This document shows positions 33,839 through 40,000 of a stretch of DNA of 40,000 bases, one piece after another (the first letter of the stretch is position 1; every line of letters starts with the position of its first letter). The notes under the pieces were generated by a model. The model saw only the letters and a list, made by a program, of their open reading frames with translations, had not been told where the DNA came from and did no database searches. Made by a program: the position numbers and the translations under genes. Location of the stretch: the NCBI GenBank assembly GCA_004295045.1, contig SHND01000030.1, positions 110,223 to 150,222 on the forward strand. Reading direction: 5' to 3'. The DNA is from Chloroflexota bacterium (GTDB lineage Bacteria; Chloroflexota; Anaerolineae; UBA4142; SHND01).

Positions 33839-34978
33839 CTATGCGCGCAATCCAAACCATTTCGCGCGGCGCGTCGCGCCAAATTCTTTTTTCTCTTGCG
33901 CCATTTCGATGGTTGCATCGCGAAACGTTCCCGTTGGCTGCGGACCCGAAAAGAAATCCACATCCACGCGTCCAATTCGTCCCGAACCAAATTCCACATA
34001 ACAGCCGCTCGTGCCGTCATAGCCCGACGGCATCGGCTCTCCGCGAAATTGCGCGATGATTTCCGCCGCGACGACGGCGCCTTGCGTTTCCGCAAAGCCG
34101 CCCGATTTCGCCGTCCCCACGCTCGTCACATCACCAATCGCATACACATTTGCAAAACGCGTTTCGAGCGTGTGCTTGTGTACAGGAATCCAACCGTCCA
34201 CTGCAAGCCCACTGGCTTCGACAACATCAGGAACGCGATGCGTTGGAATCGCGAGCAATAAATCACACGGCAGTTCGCGTCCATCATTCAAGCTGACCAC
34301 ACGCCGCGTCGCGTCCACCGCGCTGATTAAAGAATCTTTGACATACGCAATATCACGTTCGGCAAACGCTTCCAGCAGCGCGGTGGAAATGGCGGGCGAA
34401 GGCGGAATCGGAATGTGAAACGGCATGACCAAGCTGATGGTGCAATTTTCGCGCACGCCGCGCGCGACCAAATTGTCATGCAGCAGCAGCGCGGCTTCAC
34501 TCGGCGCGGGCGGACATTTGAACGAAGGCGCGCAGACGCCCACAATCGCGTGTCCGCGCGTGAACATCGGAACTTTGTCGCGCAATTTCAGCGCGCCCGC
34601 GAAAGAGTAATACTCGTTGCCGCCTTCAACCAAGCCCGGCGTTTTTTCAGGCGCGTAATCCGCGCCGAGCGCGATAACCAAAACATCCGCGTCGAATACG
34701 CCTTGGTCCGTCGTCACGCGCCTTGCTTTCGGGTCAATGTTCGTAACCATCGCTTGCACGAAACGAACGCCCGGCTTTTGAATGTGCCGATACGGAATTT
34801 TTACCGCGTCGGGATTCAAGCGCCCAAACGTCACGTCGAGTTTAGAATAGCCGAAATAAAATGTGTCGCTGCGGTCAAGCAGTACCAAGTCCAAATTGTC
34901 GCCAAGCGCGTCCGACAAAAGTGACATCACTTCCAACCCGCCAAAGCCCGCGCCCAACACCACCACCCGTAATTTCAT
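33839..34978 (-). CDS. FAD-dependent pyridine-nucleotide-disulfide oxidoreductase (SQR/NDH-2-like)
   Basis: MKLRVVVLGAGFGGLE Rossmann start. YAIGD motif near the C-terminal third. Confidence 0.8.
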   Translation of the reverse strand: MKLRVVVLGAGFGGLEVMSLLSDALGDNLDLVLLDRSDTFYFGYSKLDVTFGRLNPDAVKIPYRHIQKPGVRFVQAMVTNIDPKARRVTTDQGVFDADVLVIALGADYAPEKTPGLVEGGNEYYSFAGALKLRDKVPMFTRGHAIVGVCAPSFKCPPAPSEAALLLHDNLVARGVRENCTISLVMPFHIPIPPSPAISTALLEAFAERDIAYVKDSLISAVDATRRVVSLNDGRELPCDLLLAIPTHRVPDVVEASGLAVDGWIPVHKHTLETRFANVYAIGDVTSVGTAKSGGFAETQGAVVAAEIIAQFRGEPMPSGYDGTSGCYVEFGSGRIGRVDVDFFSGPQPTGTFRDATIEMAQEKKEFGATRRAKWFGLRA

Positions 34979-35015
34979 TCAGAGTCTCCTTGAATTTTTG
35001 TTTGTTCTCTTGCTC

Positions 35016-36110
35016 CTAAATAATAAAACTACCATTCCGATAAAACACTTCTCCGTCCGCCAACATCTCGCCCTCGCGCAAATCGCAAACAATATCGTAA
35101 TGCACGGACGATTCGTTTTTGCCGCCAACCTCTTCAAAAGCATTGCCAACGGCGAGATGAAACGTGCCTTGCATTTTTTCATCAAAGAGCGTGTTGTTGC
35201 TGTAACGCGTCACCATCGGATTCGTGCCGATGCCAAATTCACCGACATAGCGCGAACCCGCATCCGTATCGAGCATCGTCAACAGCGCGTCCTCGTTTTT
35301 CGCCGCGCTCGCGCGCACAATTTTTCCATTTTCAAAATGGAATTCGACCCCCGCGACCTCGCGTCCGAGATTCAACGGATACGTAAATCGCACCCAGCCA
35401 TTCACCGAATTCTCTACCGGACTGGTAAAAATTTCGCCGTCGGGAAAATTTTTCGTGCCGTCGGCTTTGCCAAACTTGCGGCTCCGAATCGAAAAATTCA
35501 AATCCACATTCGCGCCGCGCACTTGAATTTCCTCGCGCCCGTTGAGCCAATCGCACCACCGTTGCTGCCGCGCGGACATTTCGCGCCAGCGCGCCACGGG
35601 ATCTGGATCATTCAACAGCATCGCGCCGTACACAAAGTCAGCCCATTCGTCCAAACTCATTTCGGCATCTTGCGCAAATGACTCGGTGGGGATTTGCACG
35701 GAACACCAGCGCAGCGCGCCGCTGTTCGCGCGTTCCCAAAAGCGCGCGCCCATTTTTTTCCACGCGCGCCGCTGCCGTTGTTCGCGTGCGGGGTCAAGCT
35801 GTGCGAAAATTTTTGTGTTGCGATTCGCTTCTACCTCGATTCGCACCTCCGCGCGGTCCACCACCCATTCGTTTTCGGGATTGATGAAATCCAACTGCGC
35901 GTCATTGCCGTACTTGTACAAAAGGTGATAACTCCAATCGTACATCGTTTGCGTGACAGGATTGCCGCCTGCCGCGAGCGTGGCGCGAAACAATTCTTTC
36001 AACAACGGTTCGCCGTCATCGAGCGCGCGCAGAACCACAATCTCATTGGGCTGAACGCGCGTGGAATAATTGATGAGAACATCGGCGAGGCGTTTGAGAT
36101 AAGTTTCCAT
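35016..36110 (-). CDS. Aminopeptidase, peptidase M29 (AmpS/PepS) family
   Basis: 364 aa. LADVLINYS N-terminus and C-terminal HLAVGNA...H.D metal-site pattern. Confidence 0.8.
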   Translation of the reverse strand: METYLKRLADVLINYSTRVQPNEIVVLRALDDGEPLLKELFRATLAAGGNPVTQTMYDWSYHLLYKYGNDAQLDFINPENEWVVDRAEVRIEVEANRNTKIFAQLDPAREQRQRRAWKKMGARFWERANSGALRWCSVQIPTESFAQDAEMSLDEWADFVYGAMLLNDPDPVARWREMSARQQRWCDWLNGREEIQVRGANVDLNFSIRSRKFGKADGTKNFPDGEIFTSPVENSVNGWVRFTYPLNLGREVAGVEFHFENGKIVRASAAKNEDALLTMLDTDAGSRYVGEFGIGTNPMVTRYSNNTLFDEKMQGTFHLAVGNAFEEVGGKNESSVHYDIVCDLREGEMLADGEVFYRNGSFII

Positions 36111-36183
36111 GTAGAGTTTCCTTGTGAACGAACATTCGGTATTGAAATTCTACTCGCGCGTAAACGGCGCGTCAATGCTGGAG

Positions 36184-36210
36184 AAAAAAAGCGGACGCCA
36201 ACGCGCTCGC
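36184..36210 (-). terminator. Terminator-like hairpin plus T7 after the broken domain copy
   Basis: Minus strand: GCGAGCGC GTTG GCGTCCGC (imperfect stem), followed by TTTTTTT (A-run 36184-36190 on +). Confidence 0.45.
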
Positions 36211-36222
36211 TTGCTGTAAATT

Positions 36223-36699
36223 TTACGGCGAGAACCGCAGCGAATAACATTGTCCTGCTTTGTATTCCATACGTTCGCCGTTCGCTTTGCCTTTGCCCGC
36301 AATGAATGCGGTGTAGGTGTATTTCCCCGGAGGCATTCGAATAAAATAATATTGCCCATCACCGGGAACGTCGTAATCGTGCGTGCCCTATTCGCCGCCG
36401 CCAATGGTGAAACGCATCGTCGTGCCGGAATAATTGTTGCTGATATACAGCACCGCTTCATTCGGACCGGCGGGACAAGTTTCTGCTTCTTGTGTGGGAC
36501 GTTGCGTCGAACGCCGCTTTTTGAATGTCGGCTACGGAAGCGGTGAGGAGTGAGTGTGGTGTGAACGGATCTTGCGCACTCACCAGGGAGAGTGATTTAG
36601 AGGTCACAGCAGTTCCGACGAGTGCTGTGAAAAGCAATGCGGATAACAAAAGAGCAAATTTGCGCGTGATTTTTTTCGAGCTCGTGTGATGGCGTTCAT
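36223..36699 (-). pseudogene. Broken paralogue: signal peptide fused to a copy of the C-terminal domain of the 38762 gene
   Basis: ATG 36699 (MNAITRARKK) is out of frame with the signal-peptide frame across a T7/A7 run (36670-36676). A second frame change precedes the domain. In-frame TAG (36388-36390) sits where the paralogue has TGG. Confidence 0.7.
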
Positions 36700-36771
36700 C
36701 AGAACACGGGCTGCGTATTGGAAATGTTTCGAGACGTTGCGAAATGTCAACTGGAAATCTGCTTGAGTATG

Positions 36772-37554
36772 TTAAGGGGCTGTGGTTGGCATGGGATGTG
36801 GGAACCAGTCTTGGCTCACGCCGTTCGCCATCCACCAGGTGGATTTTTCACGAGACGCTTCATACACAGCACTGTATTTGAGGAGTGGTTCGCCGTTCTT
36901 GTCAAAGACTTCCAAACTGTAGCCGGGGATCTGGGCACCCTGTTCTTTTTTCAACTGTTGTAATTCACTTGAGAATTGGGTAACGAGTCCTGGTAAAACT
37001 TGATTGAGGTCTGCAATTTCAGGTGCTGTGAACCTGAGCTGAATCAACTGCCCCCCTTCTTCGGTGTGAACAATCGTGAAATCATCAAGGACTAGCCTTC
37101 CAACTAAAAGTTGCGAGCGAACTGCCGTTTCAAGAGCATCGTCCGATACATTTGAGGGAACAATCGCTGTGTTATCGAGAGCAGGGTCAACGGAGAGATC
37201 TGCGCGGGTTATTTCTTTGCCCTGGCGATTGTTTATTGCAATTTGCACACGTTCGATTTTGCTGCCGCGCATTCTTGCAGATACAATCTCGCGCTGCACT
37301 ACTCCGACAAAAAGAGGATCATCGGGCGAAACCAGATCGCCTGTGCTTTGGCTTTCAAGCACAACCTCGATGCCAAGCGGAAAATAGTTACTTATTTTGA
37401 TGCTCTTGAGAGGAACATTTTGTTGCAGCAATTTCATCTGCAATTCCCCAACAATATCTTGCTGTGCCTTGACTTGATTGACTGTTAAGGAGATCAAAAT
37501 TACACCCAGCACCAATATAACTCCAAAAACAAAAAGCTGAGTTCTTCTCTTCAT
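36772..37554 (-). CDS. Membrane-anchored hypothetical protein
   Basis: Start moved to ATG 37554 (MKRRTQLFVFGVILVLGVILISL) behind GAGGAGGAGGG. Single N-terminal TM. No family recognised. Confidence 0.6.
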   Translation of the reverse strand: MKRRTQLFVFGVILVLGVILISLTVNQVKAQQDIVGELQMKLLQQNVPLKSIKISNYFPLGIEVVLESQSTGDLVSPDDPLFVGVVQREIVSARMRGSKIERVQIAINNRQGKEITRADLSVDPALDNTAIVPSNVSDDALETAVRSQLLVGRLVLDDFTIVHTEEGGQLIQLRFTAPEIADLNQVLPGLVTQFSSELQQLKKEQGAQIPGYSLEVFDKNGEPLLKYSAVYEASREKSTWWMANGVSQDWFPHPMPTTAP

Positions 37555-37600
37555 TTTGCCCTCCTCCTCGTATGACTTCAATATGCATCAATGGACAAGC

Positions 37601-38239
37601 CTATGGACCAACTGAATTCCACTTGAAAAGAAAGGTCTTGTCTAGGATTCGATATGGTGAGTTCTCAACCCAGTATGCTTGGTCAAAATTTCCCCAAGCC
37701 CCATCTGCCTTCTTGTAATGGACCTTGCGAAAAGCTGTATTGGCGACATTTGAAGTAGATCCATGTACTTCAAGAGATGCCTGCATTTCAGCAGGTGCCG
37801 CGAGTCCACACCATGCGTCGCCATCTCCAACCGCTGGCCAGCTGGCGCGCCAACAATTTCCGCTATAGTTTTCGACCCTGTACGTGATATAAGTGCCCCA
37901 TGCTTGACTCCCATAAAAATTAATGTTCCAGTACATTCCACCAGTCAGTGCTTCGGTATAGGACATGGCTTGAGTATATTGCTCGTAGGGAAAATAGGAC
38001 CATCCCGCTTGAACCCAGCCATTACCAACTGCAGATACCCAATTGTATTCTCCGCTGTGCCCCGGTGGAGCAACAAACGCAATCGAAGGTGCCTGACTGG
38101 GCGTAAAAATCCTTGCGTAGACGCCGTAAGCAGAAAGTCGTTTGTTTCCAGCGTACCAAACTGCGGAGGCGTTGTTTGCCCAAGCAACACTAGCAATGCT
38201 GACAAGCAGAACTGAAAGGACTTTGATATAGCGCATCAT
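37601..38239 (-). CDS. Secreted hypothetical protein (W/Y/G-rich beta protein)
   Basis: Signal peptide MMRYIKVLSVLLVSIASVAWA. A faint resemblance to the peptidase G1/A4 beta-sandwich pattern (WYAGN..., WVQAGW, SYTE) is unconfirmed. Confidence 0.6.
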   Translation of the reverse strand: MMRYIKVLSVLLVSIASVAWANNASAVWYAGNKRLSAYGVYARIFTPSQAPSIAFVAPPGHSGEYNWVSAVGNGWVQAGWSYFPYEQYTQAMSYTEALTGGMYWNINFYGSQAWGTYITYRVENYSGNCWRASWPAVGDGDAWCGLAAPAEMQASLEVHGSTSNVANTAFRKVHYKKADGAWGNFDQAYWVENSPYRILDKTFLFKWNSVGP

Positions 38240-38425
38240 GTCTCCTTTACTTGAATTCGATAGGCATATTTTTCGAGTTTCTGCAGTCGAATGGATTTCA
38301 TACTTATGATAATTGAAAGATTGGTTTTGTCATCAGACCCATGTCCCATTTTTCGCAGGCACGCCAAAAGGTGGGACTCATGTCCTAATCTTGGGGAGTT
38401 TTATTTCAACAATCTCTTGAAAGAG

Positions 38426-38629
38426 TTATAGATTTGTTAGCCAGCCATTGCGCCATGCGGTTGCAATGAGTTCAGCGCGCGTACTCAAGCCCAGTTTCGC
38501 CAGAATATGTGTAATATGATTTCGCACAGTCTTTTCGCTAATCACCAAGTATTTCGCAATCTCAGTATTGGACAAACCTTGAGCGACCAGAATCAAGATT
38601 TGCTTTTCGCGGTCGGTAAGTGTGTCCAA
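38426..38629 (-). CDS. Stand-alone LuxR/GerE-type HTH regulator (67 aa)
   Basis: LTDREKQILILVAQGLSNTEIAKYLVISEKTVRNHITHILAKLG. Confidence 0.85.
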   Translation of the reverse strand: MDTLTDREKQILILVAQGLSNTEIAKYLVISEKTVRNHITHILAKLGLSTRAELIATAWRNGWLTNL

Positions 38630-38710
38630 GGCAAGACTCCTTGATCTACCAATCCAATTTTGGAGAAAGCTTACTATTCCGCTTACCGAGTGTCAAGTGT
38701 CAAATACAAT

Positions 38711-38742
38711 AAAACCCGCGCTCCTGATGGGGCGCGGGTTTT
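38711..38742. terminator. Bidirectional rho-independent terminator
   Basis: AAAA-CCCGCGC (38715-38721) / GCGCGGG (38732-38738)-TTTT. Confidence 0.75.
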
Positions 38743-38761
38743 ATAGAAAATTTTTCGTGCA

Positions 38762-40000
38762 TCACGGCGAGAACCGCAGCGAATAACATTGTCCTGCTTT
38801 GTATTCCATACGTTCGCCGTTCGCTTTGCCCTTGCCTGCAATGAACGCGGTGTAGGTGTATTTCCCCGGAGGCATTCGAATAAAGTAATACTGCCCATCG
38901 CCGGGAACGTCGTAATCGTGCGTGCCCCATTCGCCGCCGCCAATGGTGAAACGCATCGTCGTGCCGGAATAATTGTTGCTGATATACAGCACCGCTTCAT
39001 TCGGACCGGCGGGACAAGTTTCTGCTTCTTGTGTGGGACGTTGCGTCGGCGCGCGTGTGGGAATCGCTGTCGCCGGTTCGGGCGTCGCAGTGACGACGAT
39101 GATGAAAGGAGTTTGTGTTGGCTGTGGCGCGGCAGCGGTTGGAGTTGTGCCGAAATCAATGACCGGAACATCCGAGATTGATGTTGGCGTCGCCGCCGAT
39201 TGAATCACGCGCGGTTCGGGAACCGGAAGCGGTGAAAGAATTTCGGACACCTTCAGGTCGTCGAATAAAACGGTCTGATTTGGCTCATCCGGTTCGGTGA
39301 ACAAGGCAACGCGCCCCGCTTTCAAATTCGGATCGCGCACGCTGTCCACCCATTGCCCTCCCAAGTTAATCGCAATGACATCGCCTTGATTCACCAATTT
39401 GATTTTGGTGGGGAAACTCGCGTTGCCGACATTGAGCGAATCGGTGTATGGAATGATCGTTTCGTAATGGTCACCGGCATATCGGAATAAGCCATACTTG
39501 CCTTGGTTCGTCACGCCAAACACATAATAATTATTGCCCGTGTCGTCAAGACGAAAGATGACACCGTAACGCGCATTCTTGTCGGCGTTGGGCAAGCGCG
39601 TTGTCACTTCAATCACTGCGTCGCCTAGTTCCGGACGATAGTAAATCCAACGCGTACCGCGTACATCTTTGCGCGTAAAATTGAGTTGCCCATCCAAGCA
39701 CTCGACCTTGAAAAACTCATCCTCAATTACATCACATGCCGAGAAATCATTTTCGATGACCGGTTTGGTGGCGCCTTCCGCGCTCGCGGTGGGCGTTGGG
39801 GTATCGCCTCCTAAAAGCGACCCCAAATCTATCGGCGGGATGCCGCCGGTGTCGGGCGTTGTTTGCGGAATGAGCGTTGGATTCTGTTGGGGCGGGGCGA
39901 GCTGGATTGTGGTCGCGTCCTTTTCGATGTTTCCCGCTGCGGCGAAGATGGGAGCGGAATTCGAGAATAAGACAAACGCGAAAATTGTGACTGTGATAGT
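38762..40000 (-). CDS. Secreted/anchored protein with ConA/LamG-like (DUF1080-like) domain, PT linker and small Cys-flanked C-terminal domain; 5' end lies beyond the window
   Basis: The frame stays open from 39826 to base 40000 (…TITVTIFAFVLFSNSAPIFAAAG… anchor). The ORF-track start at 39826 is only the first in-window start codon. Confidence 0.75.
   Translation of the reverse strand, partial: TITVTIFAFVLFSNSAPIFAAAGNIEKDATTIQLAPPQQNPTLIPQTTPDTGGIPPIDLGSLLGGDTPTPTASAEGATKPVIENDFSACDVIEDEFFKVECLDGQLNFTRKDVRGTRWIYYRPELGDAVIEVTTRLPNADKNARYGVIFRLDDTGNNYYVFGVTNQGKYGLFRYAGDHYETIIPYTDSLNVGNASFPTKIKLVNQGDVIAINLGGQWVDSVRDPNLKAGRVALFTEPDEPNQTVLFDDLKVSEILSPLPVPEPRVIQSAATPTSISDVPVIDFGTTPTAAAPQPTQTPFIIVVTATPEPATAIPTRAPTQRPTQEAETCPAGPNEAVLYISNNYSGTTMRFTIGGGEWGTHDYDVPGDGQYYFIRMPPGKYTYTAFIAGKGKANGERMEYKAGQCYSLRFSP

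Noticed and set aside
38435-38441. TTTGTTAGCC matching the attC right arm
   Set aside because: It lies inside the last codons of the LuxR gene (…WLTNL*) with no partner inverse core nearby, so it is most likely coincidence.
1-40000. Search for tRNA, rRNA or tmRNA genes in intergenic regions
   Set aside because: No cloverleaf-compatible segment or rRNA-like conserved stretch was seen. This is only a by-eye scan; tRNAscan-SE or Infernal should confirm.

Overview
Bacterial chromosomal window with about 40 credible protein genes, mostly on the minus strand. No rRNA, tRNA or CRISPR array was found. Core genes look well over 50% G+C by eye; several short accessory genes are much more AT-rich. The left edge carries the 3' end of nuoN, a TAT-exported DUF3500 lipoprotein paired with an MsrQ-like haem membrane protein, and a PT-rich lipoprotein. 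The most interesting part is 3.2-16.1 kb. An intact integron integrase (15130-16089, +) sits 11 nt upstream of murE, with a divergent attI and two minus-strand cassettes: an AT-rich orphan 291-aa ORF and mazEF. Each cassette is closed by a ~130-bp attC of one homogeneous family, and a strong terminator follows the array. Two further copies of the attI-like junction module lie 6.5 kb and 11 kb further left (8421-8543 and 4018-4110), with no integrase next to them. Each starts at a core-site-like RYYYAAC and is followed by cassette-like minus-strand genes. These include a DHFR-family cassette closed by a short attC of the same family (7688-7752), a pair of homologous cassette leaders carrying sigma70-type promoters and a Cheo/SOS-box-like palindrome, and several broken ORFs. 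Large ordinary-looking genes (kamA, a CocE/NonD hydrolase, a beta-helix lipoprotein) sit between the modules. The right half is mostly housekeeping: murE, speB-like, hom, LCP, thioesterase, GT-C-like membrane protein, HAD, threonine dehydratase, mutL, an arginase-family/HIT/amine-oxidase operon, an SQR/NDH-2-like oxidoreductase and an M29 aminopeptidase. It ends with a lower-GC LuxR islet and a recently duplicated, now broken, C-terminal domain. Many unrelated heptanucleotide tandem repeats occur throughout, including inside the murE, mutL and GT-C-like coding regions. All family assignments come from motif recognition by eye; no database search was possible.
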